Assembly (NCBI GenBank): GCA_002372545.1
Contig: DFHD01000045.1
Location: 6,169-70,168, forward strand
Direction of reading: 5' to 3'
DNA: 64,000 nt
Origin: Lachnospiraceae bacterium UBA3732
GTDB lineage: Bacteria > Bacillota > Clostridia > Lachnospirales > Lachnospiraceae
How positions within the stretch are numbered: position 1 is the first letter of the stretch; each line of letters opens with the position of its first letter. Below are positions 9,790-19,393 of the stretch, piece after piece. The notes below the pieces were generated by a model. That model worked only from the letters and a program-made list of their open reading frames with translations, was not told the DNA's origin and did not search any database. The position numbers and the translations under genes were made by a program.

Positions 9790-11544
9790 ATGCAGAAAAA
9801 ACAGGTTTATAATCCGTTTTTACCTCTGAATACCTATATTCCGGACGGTGAGCCCCATGTATTTGGTGACCGGCTTTATCTTTACGGCTCCCATGACCGG
9901 GAGGGCGGCCATACCTTTTGTATGGAGGACTATGAGGTTTTCTCCGCACCGGTTCATGACCTTTCCGACTGGCGCTCGGAGGGAGTGATCTACAGGGCGT
10001 CTCAGGATCCCATGTACAGCAGGTATCCTTATATGTACGCTCCGGACTGTGTGCAGGGAAATGACGGGCGGTATTATCTTTATTATTGCATGGCCGGCGA
10101 GTATGGCGTCGGCGGATACCGGAACCCCATCAGCGTTGCGGTTTGTGACAGTCCTGCAGGAAAGTTTGAATACCTCGGCCATGTCCGGAATAAGGACGGC
10201 AGCCTGATGATGCGGTATGTCTGCTTCGATCCGGCTGTAATGAACGATGAGGGAACCATCCGGCTTTATTATGGTACCCAGTATGGCTTTGAGGAAGAGG
10301 ATGATTTTCTTGTCAGCGGCCATCTGGAAGAAGAAATGGATATGTATGGCCGGACGAGGGAGGAGATCCTTTCCTATCCGGACAGCATTAACGGGCCGAT
10401 CGGCTGCGTTCTGGAGGAAGATATGCTGACCATCCGGGAAGAGCCAAAGCATATTATTCCCTACCGGGTGAAGGGTACGGACTTCGAGGAGCATCCCTTC
10501 TTCGAGGCCAGCTCCATGCGTAAGGTGGGAGAAAAGTATTTTTTTGTCTACTCCTCCTGGCTGAATCATGAGCTTTGCTATGCGGTGAGTGATCATCCCG
10601 ACAGAGACTTCCGGTTCGGCGGCACCATTGTATCCAATGGTGATGTGGGAATAGCCGGCCGGAAAGAGGAGGAGAGCCTGAATATGACGGGCACCACCCA
10701 TGGCAGTATTGTGGAGGTAAACGGGCAATGGTATGTGTTCTATCACCGGCTGACCCATAAATCCGATTACAGCCGGCAGGCATGTGCGGAAAAGATCAGC
10801 ATTACGCCCGAGGGCAGGATTTCCCAGGTGGAGATCACCAGCTGCGGACTGAACGAAGGCCCGCTCAGAGGCGAGGGGGCTTATCCTGCGGTGATCGCCT
10901 GCAATCTGACAAATGGCCGGATGCCGCACGGCTGCAACTGCATTTATGCGGAAGAGTTCCCGAATGTAACCAATGCGGGGGATGAACGGTTTATTGCCGG
11001 TATTGAAGATGAAACGCTGATCGGATATAAGTATTTTGCGTTGAAGAGTCCTTCATTTCTTTCGGTTCTTGCCCGGGTGGAAACGGATGAAAACCGGGTG
11101 GTTTACACCGGCCCCACAAGGATTGATGTGCGAAGCGGCGGAATCGCCGTGAAACCGGCTCCCGGCGATGGCGGGGGCGGAGATGAATTGTTATTGCACC
11201 CCCGGTTTGATGTATATATCGCACCTGCCGGCGCGGAAGATAGTTTAACTTTGGCCGGCACAGAAACCGGTATGACATCCGCCGGCGTGGCGGACGGTTT
11301 AACTTCGGCTGGCTTGAAAAGCAGTTCAACTTCCGTCGCAGAGGCCTTCGGGGTGAAAATGTATAAAGCGGCAGTGATCCGTATTGCCTCCAATGAAGGG
11401 GGTGCTGCAGATGGCTGGGAGTCTTACAGCTCGGATCAGCTTCTTCCACAGGGCGTTTATGCCGTTTATCTGGTTTATCACGGAAGAGAGAAGCTTCAGC
11501 TGAAGGAGATCAGCTTTAGTAAAATGACTTATAAAACCGGCTGA
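9790..11544 (+). CDS. Glycoside hydrolase family 43 protein with C-terminal carbohydrate-binding-like domain
   Basis: YIPDGEPHVFGDRLYLYGSHD, YAPD, FDPAV, FFEASS, THGSI, WYVFYHR; start moved to ATG 9790 behind an aaagga RBS. Confidence 0.9.
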   Translation: MQKKQVYNPFLPLNTYIPDGEPHVFGDRLYLYGSHDREGGHTFCMEDYEVFSAPVHDLSDWRSEGVIYRASQDPMYSRYPYMYAPDCVQGNDGRYYLYYCMAGEYGVGGYRNPISVAVCDSPAGKFEYLGHVRNKDGSLMMRYVCFDPAVMNDEGTIRLYYGTQYGFEEEDDFLVSGHLEEEMDMYGRTREEILSYPDSINGPIGCVLEEDMLTIREEPKHIIPYRVKGTDFEEHPFFEASSMRKVGEKYFFVYSSWLNHELCYAVSDHPDRDFRFGGTIVSNGDVGIAGRKEEESLNMTGTTHGSIVEVNGQWYVFYHRLTHKSDYSRQACAEKISITPEGRISQVEITSCGLNEGPLRGEGAYPAVIACNLTNGRMPHGCNCIYAEEFPNVTNAGDERFIAGIEDETLIGYKYFALKSPSFLSVLARVETDENRVVYTGPTRIDVRSGGIAVKPAPGDGGGGDELLLHPRFDVYIAPAGAEDSLTLAGTETGMTSAGVADGLTSAGLKSSSTSVAEAFGVKMYKAAVIRIASNEGGAADGWESYSSDQLLPQGVYAVYLVYHGREKLQLKEISFSKMTYKTG

Positions 11545-12057
11545 TTATTTTGCAGTCTTGCAGGGATGTTTAATGCAGTATAACCAGATGATGGGCCGCT
11601 CCAGCCGTCGCTTCAGAATGATCTGGATTTCCTCTTTTTTATTGATGGGTTTTACCAGAATAGAGTGGATACGGGCGTTATTTGCGCCCCAGATGTCGGT
11701 GAATAGCTGATCGCCGACAAAGAGTGTATTGCCGGGACGAACGCCCATCATCTTCATGGCTTTGATATATCCATCGGGCTTAGGCTTTCCGGCCTTCCAG
11801 ATGAACTCCACCTGAAGATACTCGTTAAAGGAGTTGACCCGTTCATATTTATTGTTGGAGACCAGGCAGATCTTGAAGCCGATATCCTTCAGGCGCTGCA
11901 TGAGAGCCTGGCTTCTTTCGTCAGACATGGCGTTATGGGGAACCAGGGTGTTGTCAATATCAAAAAGCACAGCCCGGTAGCCCATGCTGTAATAGGACGC
12001 AAAATCTATGGAATATGTGGAATCGTAGTATTCGCTGGGGAAAAGAAATCTGGCCAT
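11545..12057 (-). CDS. yqeG: YqeG-family HAD IIIA phosphatase
   Basis: FDIDNTLV, VSNN, KP and VGDQLFTDIWGAN motifs. Confidence 0.9.
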   Translation of the reverse strand: MARFLFPSEYYDSTYSIDFASYYSMGYRAVLFDIDNTLVPHNAMSDERSQALMQRLKDIGFKICLVSNNKYERVNSFNEYLQVEFIWKAGKPKPDGYIKAMKMMGVRPGNTLFVGDQLFTDIWGANNARIHSILVKPINKKEEIQIILKRRLERPIIWLYCIKHPCKTAK

Positions 12058-12075
12058 GTCTGCCTCCTTCCTATA

Positions 12076-14013
12076 TTATTCAAAATTTGTTTCTTCTTCA
12101 AGAGAAGCAGTCATATCCGGGCAGTTGTCTTTTTCTACTTCAAGAGAAGCAGTCATATCCGGGTCGGACGTCTCGCCCTCGTGAAAGAAGTGATATACAG
12201 CTTCGGCTGACTTCCGGTTCATGCCTTCAGTTTCCGCCAGCTCCTCCAGAGTGGCGTTTTTTACGCCCTCCGCGCTGGAAAAACGGAGCAGAAGTGCCTG
12301 CCGCCTTTTGGGACCGATCCCTTCGATATCATCCAGAATAGAATGCACCTGTTCCTTGCTGCGGAGCAGCTTATGGTAGGTGATGGCAAACCGGTGCGTC
12401 TCGTCCTGCAGGGCAGTGATCATATGCATGGCCTCGCTGCCTCTGGGGAAGGCGATTTCCCGATCCTTGTAATAGAGACCTCTGGTTCTGTGGTTGTCAT
12501 CCTTCACCATGCCGCAGACCGGGATCTCTATGCCCAGGCTGTCCAGTACCGTTTCTGCAATATGCACCTGTCCCTTGCCGCCGTCCATCATAAGGATGTC
12601 GGGAAAACGTCCGAGACTGTCGTTTGTAAAGCGGCGGGAGAGTACCTCCTTCATGGAAGCATAGTCGTCCGGACCGGTTACGGTACGGAGACGGAATTTC
12701 CGGTAGGCGTTACGCCGGGCCTCGCCGTTTTCGAATACCACCATGGACGCAACAGAATGATAGCCCGATATGTTGGAAATGTCAAATGCTTCAAGACGAA
12801 CCACGCTGGGAAGACCGACGATATCCGCCAGCTCCCGGCAGGCACCGGTTGTCCTCTTTTCATGCCGCCGCATGCGTTCGATATCCTGCTCCATCACCAG
12901 CCGGGCGTTATCCTCGGCCAGCTGGAGCATTTTATGCTTTTCTCCTTTTTGCGGAAGGATGATATGGCATTTCTTTTTCCGCCTGTTTTCCAGGAAGGCT
13001 GCGGTGAGAGCCGTATCCTCCGGCGGGATATTCAGAAGAACTTCTCCGGGAATATAGGGGGTTCCGGCATAGTACTGATGCAAAAAGGCAGTCATGACCT
13101 GGCAGTCTGGTTCATCGGGATCCGTTTCCATATGGTGGGTTTCCCTGCCGATGAGCCGGCCGTCCCGCATGAAGAAAACGGAGAGTACGCTGTCCTTTTC
13201 GTTTCTGGCGAGAGCGATCACATCTCTATCCTCTCCGGAGGTGAGATTGATGCGCTGGTGTTCCATGATCGTGGCGATGCTCGAGAGAAGGTCGCGGGTC
13301 TTTGCGGCTTTTTCGAACTCCATATCCGCAGCTTCCTGTTTCATCTGCTGTGTCAGTCTGCGCGTTATTTCCTTTGTATCTCCGTCCAGAAAGCGGAGAG
13401 CATCCTCAATCTGCTGTCTGTATTCTTCCTGCGAGACCATACCGCTGCAGGGGCCGCTGCATTCCCCGATCTGGTAATAGAGACAGGGACGGTTTTTCCC
13501 CATTGTTTTTTCGATATCCCTGGAGCACCGCCGGATCTTAAACAGGCGGCGGACCAGACTAAGGGTATCCTTTACCGCGCTGCGGTCCGTAAAGGGGCCG
13601 AAATAGCGGGCGTTATCCCGGCTCATCCTGTGGCTGTACAGGATCCGGGGATAGGCTTCTCCTGTTGTGACGCGAATATACGGATATTCCTTATCATCGG
13701 TCATCAGTGTATTATACCGGGGGCGGATCTCCTTGATGAGGTTACATTCCAGAACAAGGGCCTCGAGCTCCGAACCGGTCTTGATATATTCGAAATAGGC
13801 AATCTGGGAAACCATTCTCCCGATCTTGGGAGAAAAGTTGTGTCCGAAACCATTGCGGAAGTACTGTCTCACCCGGTTATGCAGATCCACAGCCTTTCCC
13901 ACGTAAAGAATTTCCTGGGTATCGCTGTGCATCAGATATACCCCGGGCGTATGGGGGAGCTTCGCAAGCTCCGCCTCAATATTGAATTCAGAGGTTTTCT
14001 TTTCTTTTTCCAT
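12076..14013 (-). CDS. uvrC: Excinuclease ABC subunit C
   Basis: GIY-YIG (PGVYLM..YVGKA), UVR domain, EAFDISN, DGGKGQ, C-terminal HhH. Confidence 0.97.
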   Translation of the reverse strand: MEKEKKTSEFNIEAELAKLPHTPGVYLMHSDTQEILYVGKAVDLHNRVRQYFRNGFGHNFSPKIGRMVSQIAYFEYIKTGSELEALVLECNLIKEIRPRYNTLMTDDKEYPYIRVTTGEAYPRILYSHRMSRDNARYFGPFTDRSAVKDTLSLVRRLFKIRRCSRDIEKTMGKNRPCLYYQIGECSGPCSGMVSQEEYRQQIEDALRFLDGDTKEITRRLTQQMKQEAADMEFEKAAKTRDLLSSIATIMEHQRINLTSGEDRDVIALARNEKDSVLSVFFMRDGRLIGRETHHMETDPDEPDCQVMTAFLHQYYAGTPYIPGEVLLNIPPEDTALTAAFLENRRKKKCHIILPQKGEKHKMLQLAEDNARLVMEQDIERMRRHEKRTTGACRELADIVGLPSVVRLEAFDISNISGYHSVASMVVFENGEARRNAYRKFRLRTVTGPDDYASMKEVLSRRFTNDSLGRFPDILMMDGGKGQVHIAETVLDSLGIEIPVCGMVKDDNHRTRGLYYKDREIAFPRGSEAMHMITALQDETHRFAITYHKLLRSKEQVHSILDDIEGIGPKRRQALLLRFSSAEGVKNATLEELAETEGMNRKSAEAVYHFFHEGETSDPDMTASLEVEKDNCPDMTASLEEETNFE

Positions 14014-14191
14014 AGCTTTATGTTAACGAATAATCCGGGGATTGTCAATGCAGGCGTAAAGCTGCGTGACACGCTATGAAATATGTGATAAAATATAAAT
14101 GTTCAGCAGTTTTATAAGCTTGCTTAATAAAAACTGCGGCATGCTTGAATAAAGAGCTGCAGCGAAAATCACATACGAGGAGAAGGAACCC

Positions 14192-15136
14192 ATGACGGAA
14201 GAATACAGTGTAAGTCTTACGGATTTTATAAAGAAAATGAATCTGAAAAACCACCTGCCCGAGCTGGATACGGATTCCAAGAAGATCACGGATCCGGATA
14301 TCAACAGACCGGCGCTTCAGCTGGCAGGTTTTTTCGAGCATTTCGACACCAACAGAGTGCAGATCTGCGGTAATGTAGAGCATGCTTATCTGGCTGATAT
14401 GCATACCCGGGAGGAAAATGTGGAGATCTTTGACAAGATGTTCAGCTTTCCCATTCCCTGTATGGTCTTCTGCCGTGGGATCGAGCCATACGATTTTATC
14501 CTGGAGGCTGGCAGAAAGCATAATATTCCGGTTCTGACCAGCGACGCCACAACCTCATCCTTTGTGCATGAATCGGTTCGCTGGCTCCATGAACAGCTGG
14601 CACCGAGGATTTCCATCCACGCCGTTCTTGTGGATGTTTTCGGCGAGGGGGTTCTTATCATGGGGGACAGCGGCATTGGTAAATCCGAGGCGGCTCTGGA
14701 GCTGATCAAGCGCGGGCACCGTCTTGTGGCGGACGATGTGGTGGAGATCAAGAAGATCAGCGATGACCAGCTCATTGGTCAGTCGCCGGAGATCACACGT
14801 CACTTTATCGAGCTCCGCGGTATCGGTATCATCGATGTGAAGACCATGTTCGGTGTCGAGTGCGTTAAGATCTCCCAGCAGATCGATCTGGTCATCAAAC
14901 TGGAGGAGTGGGACAAGGATGCCCGCTACGACCGTCTGGGCCTGAACGATCAGTATGTGGAATTTTTGGGCAACAAGGTGACCAGCCATTCCATCCCCAT
15001 CCGGCCCGGCCGGAACCTGGCCATCATCGTAGAGTCGGCTGCCGTCAACCACAGGCAGAAGAAGATGGGCTACAATGCGGCGCAGGAGATGTATAAACGT
15101 GTAACAGAAAACCTGCAGATCAAGACAGGTATCTGA
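14192..15136 (+). CDS. hprK: HPr(Ser) kinase/phosphatase
   Basis: NRPALQLAG, GDSGIGKSE, LVADD, ELRGIGII, PGRNLA. Confidence 0.97.
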   Translation: MTEEYSVSLTDFIKKMNLKNHLPELDTDSKKITDPDINRPALQLAGFFEHFDTNRVQICGNVEHAYLADMHTREENVEIFDKMFSFPIPCMVFCRGIEPYDFILEAGRKHNIPVLTSDATTSSFVHESVRWLHEQLAPRISIHAVLVDVFGEGVLIMGDSGIGKSEAALELIKRGHRLVADDVVEIKKISDDQLIGQSPEITRHFIELRGIGIIDVKTMFGVECVKISQQIDLVIKLEEWDKDARYDRLGLNDQYVEFLGNKVTSHSIPIRPGRNLAIIVESAAVNHRQKKMGYNAAQEMYKRVTENLQIKTGI

Positions 15137-15166
15137 TAGAAAAAGAAACGGTAGGAGGAAATCAGA

Positions 15167-16105
15167 ATGTCAAAGTATGTATTTGGTGTGGATATCGGCG
15201 GAACGACGGTAAAGATCGGTCTCTTCTCCAAGGAAGGTGAGCTTCTGGATAAGTGGGAGATCACCACGAGAAAGGACGAAGGCGGATCATACATTCTTTC
15301 GGATATTGCTGCATCCGTAGAGGCAAAGCTTGCTGAAAAGGAGATCAGCAAAGAAGATGTTCTGGGTGTCGGCATGGGCGTTCCCGGACCGGTGAAGGAT
15401 GATGGTACGGTGATCAAGTGCGTAAACCTCGGCTGGGGTATCTTTAATGCGGCAGAGGCACTTTCCGACCTTCTGAAGCTGCCGGTCAAGGCCGGAAACG
15501 ATGCCAATATGGCTGCTCTCGGTGAGATGTGGCAGGGCGGCGGCAAGGGTCATAAGAATGTTGTCTGTGTAACCCTGGGAACCGGCGTCGGCGGCGGCAT
15601 CATCATCAACGGCAAAATGCTTGCCGGCGTGAACGGTGCGGGCGGTGAGATCGGTCATATGACCATCGATACCGATGAGCAGGATATGTGCAACTGCGGT
15701 AAATGCGGATGCCTCGAGCAGTATGCCAGCGCAACAGGCATTGTGCGGATGGCGAATAAGTTCCTGTCTGAAAGCGATAAGCCCTCACGCCTTCGCGAGA
15801 TTCCTTACATTTCTGCCAAGGAGATCTTTGATTCCGCAAAGACCGGTGATGTGATCTCCCTTAATCTGGTGGAAGAGCTGGGCAGAAGGCTTGGCTTTGC
15901 GCTTGCTTCTGTGGCCTGCGTCGTGGATCCCGAGGTATTCGTGATCGGCGGCGGCGTATCCAGGGCGGGAGAGATCCTGACGGATACGGTGAAGAAGTAT
16001 TATCAGCAGTATGCCTTCCATGCCTGCAAGAATACGGGCTTTGAGCTGGCGAAGCTGGGGAACGACGCCGGCATGTACGGCGGCGCCTGCGCTGTCCTTG
16101 CATGA
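15167..16105 (+). CDS. ROK-family glucokinase
   Basis: GVDIGGT, NDANMAALGE, TLGTGVGGG, GEIGH, CNCGKCGCLE. Confidence 0.93.
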   Translation: MSKYVFGVDIGGTTVKIGLFSKEGELLDKWEITTRKDEGGSYILSDIAASVEAKLAEKEISKEDVLGVGMGVPGPVKDDGTVIKCVNLGWGIFNAAEALSDLLKLPVKAGNDANMAALGEMWQGGGKGHKNVVCVTLGTGVGGGIIINGKMLAGVNGAGGEIGHMTIDTDEQDMCNCGKCGCLEQYASATGIVRMANKFLSESDKPSRLREIPYISAKEIFDSAKTGDVISLNLVEELGRRLGFALASVACVVDPEVFVIGGGVSRAGEILTDTVKKYYQQYAFHACKNTGFELAKLGNDAGMYGGACAVLA

Positions 16106-16203
16106 CAGCTTGCCGCATGGCCTGTGCAGTCCTTGCATGACAGCTTGCCGCATCGCCTGCGCTGTCCTTGCATGACAGCTTGCCGCATAGCCTGCGCTGT
16201 CCT
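16085..16203. repeat. 35-bp tandem repeat x3.4 copying the glucokinase 3' end
   Basis: Unit gcctgcgctgtccttgcatgacagcttgccgcat(n) at 16085, 16120 and 16155, partial at 16190; no spacers. Confidence 0.92.
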
Positions 16204-16278
16204 GCGTAACTGCAAAATCGTTTCGTCAAAATGACAGAAAAGAACAGATAAATCTGTTAAAATTCTATAAATATTCCA

Positions 16279-16307
16279 TTGAAAAAAAAGGCTTTATCAT
16301 GTACCAT
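16279..16307 (+). promoter_or_regulatory. Promoter for murB-rapZ-whiA-HPr, overlapped by an inverted repeat
   Basis: TTGAAA-17 bp-TACCAT; aaaaaaaggctt...aagccttttttt palindrome at about 16283-16338. Confidence 0.5.
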
Positions 16308-16347
16308 TATTCATGTTACATGTGTGAAGCCTTTTTTTGGAGTCCAT

Positions 16348-17214
16348 ATGATCGTTTTAGAAAATGAATTAATGAAGAACCATACAACCTTCCGGGTGGG
16401 CGGACCTGCCAGGAGGTATATGATCCCCGAGACCTTAGGTGATGTCCAGAAGGTCATCTTTTTGTGTCAGGAGTCCGGCGAACCGCTTTATGTTGTGGGA
16501 AACGGAAGCAATCTTCTGGTGTCCGATTCCGGCATTGACGGAACGGTGATGGAGCTGGGCGATCATTTTGCCAAAATAACCAGAGAAGATAACCTGGTCT
16601 ATGCTGAGGCAGGTGCCAGGCTTTCCCAACTGGCCGGCTTTGCCATGCGGAATTCACTTGCAGGCCTCGTGCCGGTTTCCGGTATTCCCGGAACGGTCGG
16701 AGGCGCAGTTGTGATGAATGCCGGCGCTTATGATGGTGAGATATCCGATTACCTGGAATATGCGGATGTCCTGACAGGCGGAGAGCTTGTCCGCTATGAA
16801 AAAAAGGATATGCATTTTTCCTACCGGCACAGTGCGGCTATGGAGCAGTCCATGGTTGTTGTGGGGGCCGGCTTTCTGCTTCCCGATGGTGATCCTGCTG
16901 CAATTGCGGATGAGATGAAGGCTCTTGCAGGAAGACGCAGGGAAAAACAGCCTCTGGAGTATCCCAGCGCAGGTTCCACCTTTAAACGGCCTGAGGGTCA
17001 TTTTGCAGGAAAGCTGATCATGGATGCAGGTCTTGCCGGCTTCCGGATCGGCGGCGCCTGTGTATCGGAAAAGCATTGCGGCTTTATCCTGAATCAGTTT
17101 GACGGAACAGCGCAGGATGTTTATGACCTGATCATTCATGTGCAGAAGACGGTAATGGAAAAATTCGGGGTGCTCCTTGAACCGGAGGTACGGATTCTGG
17201 GAGAATTCAATTAA
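16348..17214 (+). CDS. murB: UDP-N-acetylmuramate dehydrogenase
   Basis: HTTFRVGGPA, GNGSNLL, GIPGTVGGAVVMNAGAY, QPLEYPSAGSTFKRP, LEPEV; ATG 16348 after ggag. Confidence 0.96.
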   Translation: MIVLENELMKNHTTFRVGGPARRYMIPETLGDVQKVIFLCQESGEPLYVVGNGSNLLVSDSGIDGTVMELGDHFAKITREDNLVYAEAGARLSQLAGFAMRNSLAGLVPVSGIPGTVGGAVVMNAGAYDGEISDYLEYADVLTGGELVRYEKKDMHFSYRHSAAMEQSMVVVGAGFLLPDGDPAAIADEMKALAGRRREKQPLEYPSAGSTFKRPEGHFAGKLIMDAGLAGFRIGGACVSEKHCGFILNQFDGTAQDVYDLIIHVQKTVMEKFGVLLEPEVRILGEFN

Positions 17215-17248
17215 CCGGAATTTTAAAGAATAAGGCAGGAGGGACAGC

Positions 17249-18127
17249 GTGAGATTTTTGATCGTAACAGGCATGAGCGGCGCCGGGATATCCACAGCTC
17301 TGAATACTCTCGAGGATTCAGGCTTTTTCTGCGTGGATAATCTTCCTGTTCTTATGATCGAAGCCTTTGCGAATATTTCCCGGGATTCGCACTTTACCCA
17401 TGATAATGTGGCAATCGGAATTGATATCCGGAACGGGGCGGCTCTTGAGGATCTGAGATCTGTCCTGGAGCGTCTGCGGGAGGATAAATTCCACTATGAG
17501 ATCCTCTTTCTGGAGGCCTCAGACGAAACGCTGGTCAGAAGATATAAGGAAACCAGAAGAGAGCATCCTCTGGCAAGAGGAAGGCGTCTCATTAACGGGA
17601 TCGCGGTAGAAAGAGAGACTGTAAGCTTTTTGAAGCAGCTTGCGGATTATACCATCGATACCTCCAATCTCTTATCCAGGGATCTGAAGCTGGAGGTGGA
17701 ACGGGTGATCAGGAGCGAGGCCTCTTATTCCAACCTGATCGTGAACGTGATGTCCTTCGGCTATAAGTTCGGTATACCGCAGGACGCGGACCTGGTCTTT
17801 GATGTCCGCTTTCTTCCGAACCCTTATTATCTGCCTGAACTGAGGAAAAAAACAGGCAACGATCCGGAGATCAGGGATTACGTCATGCAGGGCGAGGAGG
17901 GGAAAACCTTTCTGACCAAGCTGGGAGACCTGATACGGTTCCTTCTTCCGCAGTACGTGAAGGAGGGCAGACATCAGCTGGTGGTGGCGATCGGCTGTAC
18001 CGGCGGAAGGCACCGCTCGGTTACTGTAGCCAACCAGCTCTGCGACGAGCTTTCCGGTCTGCCGTATTCGGTGATCTGTTACCACAGGGATATTCGTATT
18101 GACAGTTATGTGAAAGGGGAGGACTGA
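17249..18127 (+). CDS. rapZ: RNase adapter RapZ (YvcJ) P-loop protein
   Basis: VTGMSGAG, CVDNLP, SFGYKFGIP, DVRFLPNPYY, GCTGGRHRSV. Confidence 0.95.
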   Translation: MRFLIVTGMSGAGISTALNTLEDSGFFCVDNLPVLMIEAFANISRDSHFTHDNVAIGIDIRNGAALEDLRSVLERLREDKFHYEILFLEASDETLVRRYKETRREHPLARGRRLINGIAVERETVSFLKQLADYTIDTSNLLSRDLKLEVERVIRSEASYSNLIVNVMSFGYKFGIPQDADLVFDVRFLPNPYYLPELRKKTGNDPEIRDYVMQGEEGKTFLTKLGDLIRFLLPQYVKEGRHQLVVAIGCTGGRHRSVTVANQLCDELSGLPYSVICYHRDIRIDSYVKGED

Positions 18128-19053
18128 TGTCCTTTTCATCTGATTTGAAAGAGGAGCTTGCGGAGAATACAAGCCGCGCGCTCCATTGCCGGCTGGCCTG
18201 TACGGCCGGAATGATGACCGGCAGAGGAAGGGTGAGCGACGACGGCTCGTTATCCTTCCGTTCGGAAAACAGTCATGTGGTGGAATGCTTTGAAAAGCAT
18301 ATCCGGCTTTTGTTCGATGAACGGCTTTCCGGAAAGCTGCTCCACGAGACCGATGAACGAGGCAGATTTGTTGTACGGATCAGGGATGAGGAGCTGGCCG
18401 GTCAGCTGCTTCTCCGGTGCAAGCTTCGCAGGGAGGATAAGTATTTCTGCCCGGACGGCATCCTGACAGAGAGGCTTTGCTGCAAGAAAGCGTTTATCTG
18501 CGGAGTATATATGGCAGCAGGGGCTGCGGGTAGTCCGGAAAAAGCATATCAGCTGGAGATCAGGCTGCGAACAGACCGGCAGACCGATTTTACCGCCGGG
18601 ATCCTCCGGGATCTGGGGATAAATCCCAAGCAGCTTTCCCGGTGCAGCGACAGCGTGATCTATATGAAAGAAGGAAATGCCATTTCGGACTTCTTCGCCA
18701 TGCTGGGCGCCTCCCGGGCAATGATGGAATTTGAGAATATACGGATCATGAAAGATATCCGGAATGATATCAACCGGGAAGTGAACTGTGACACGGCCAA
18801 CAGCAAAAAGACTGCTGTGGCGTCAAAACGGCAGAGGGAGGATATTCTTCTGGTGATGCATTCTCCTGCGTGGGAGGGGCTTCCGGAGCATTTGAAGGCA
18901 GCCGCCGAGGCAAGGCTGAACATGCCTGACCTTTCGCTGGCTGAGCTGGGTGAAACGCTTGATCCGCCTGTGGGTAAATCGGGTATCCGTCACAGGCTGA
19001 ATAAGATAAATGAAATAGCAGATACCATAAGGAAAAAGGAGTCGAAATCATGA
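18127..19053 (+). CDS. whiA: DNA-binding protein WhiA
   Basis: MSFSSDLKEEL, YQLEI, RNDINREVNCDTAN, SLAELG..VGKSGIRHRL. Confidence 0.93.
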   Translation: MSFSSDLKEELAENTSRALHCRLACTAGMMTGRGRVSDDGSLSFRSENSHVVECFEKHIRLLFDERLSGKLLHETDERGRFVVRIRDEELAGQLLLRCKLRREDKYFCPDGILTERLCCKKAFICGVYMAAGAAGSPEKAYQLEIRLRTDRQTDFTAGILRDLGINPKQLSRCSDSVIYMKEGNAISDFFAMLGASRAMMEFENIRIMKDIRNDINREVNCDTANSKKTAVASKRQREDILLVMHSPAWEGLPEHLKAAAEARLNMPDLSLAELGETLDPPVGKSGIRHRLNKINEIADTIRKKESKS

Positions 19054-19307
19054 CAACGAAAAAGTTTACTGTTCAGCTTCCCAATTTTGTTGAGGCCCGT
19101 CCCGTGGCTGAGATCGTGCAGACAGCAAGCCAGTATGAGAGCGAGATTTACCTTATTTCTGGAACCAAAAAGGTAAATGCAAAAAGCATCATGGGAATGA
19201 TGAGTCTCGGCCTTTGCAATGATGAGGAAATTGAGATCGAAGCAAACGGTTCTGATGAAACGCAGGCAACAGAGGCGCTGATCAGATATATGGGCTCGGT
19301 TGCATAG
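19050..19307 (+). CDS. HPr-family phosphocarrier-like protein (Crh-like, Glu at position 15)
   Basis: EARP and VNAKSIMG (Ser46) motifs; located after whiA. Confidence 0.92.
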   Translation: MTTKKFTVQLPNFVEARPVAEIVQTASQYESEIYLISGTKKVNAKSIMGMMSLGLCNDEEIEIEANGSDETQATEALIRYMGSVA

Positions 19308-19315
19308 GTTTTTTC

Positions 19316-19344
19316 TTGCCTTGATTTTTCAAGTGTGATACAAT
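19316..19344 (+). promoter_or_regulatory. Putative sigma-A promoter
   Basis: TTGCCT-17 bp-TG.TACAAT. Confidence 0.55.
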
Positions 19345-19393
19345 ATCTCTGTGTAACTTACATAAACACTTACATGTGGAGGTATGTGATCCT

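Noticed and set aside
12343-14079. Long antisense ORFs (also 19709-21589, 24710-26629, 56004-58118, 41839-43359 and others)
   Set aside because: Shadow frames opposite well-supported genes, with no recognisable motifs.
16085-16203. Possible CRISPR array (35-bp palindromic repeats)
   Set aside because: Units are head-to-tail with no spacers, derive from the glucokinase 3' end, and there are no cas genes.
17249-19053. Absence of yvcK/glmR between rapZ and whiA
   Set aside because: Differs from Bacillus, but the genes overlap cleanly and this looks like a normal lineage arrangement rather than a lesion.
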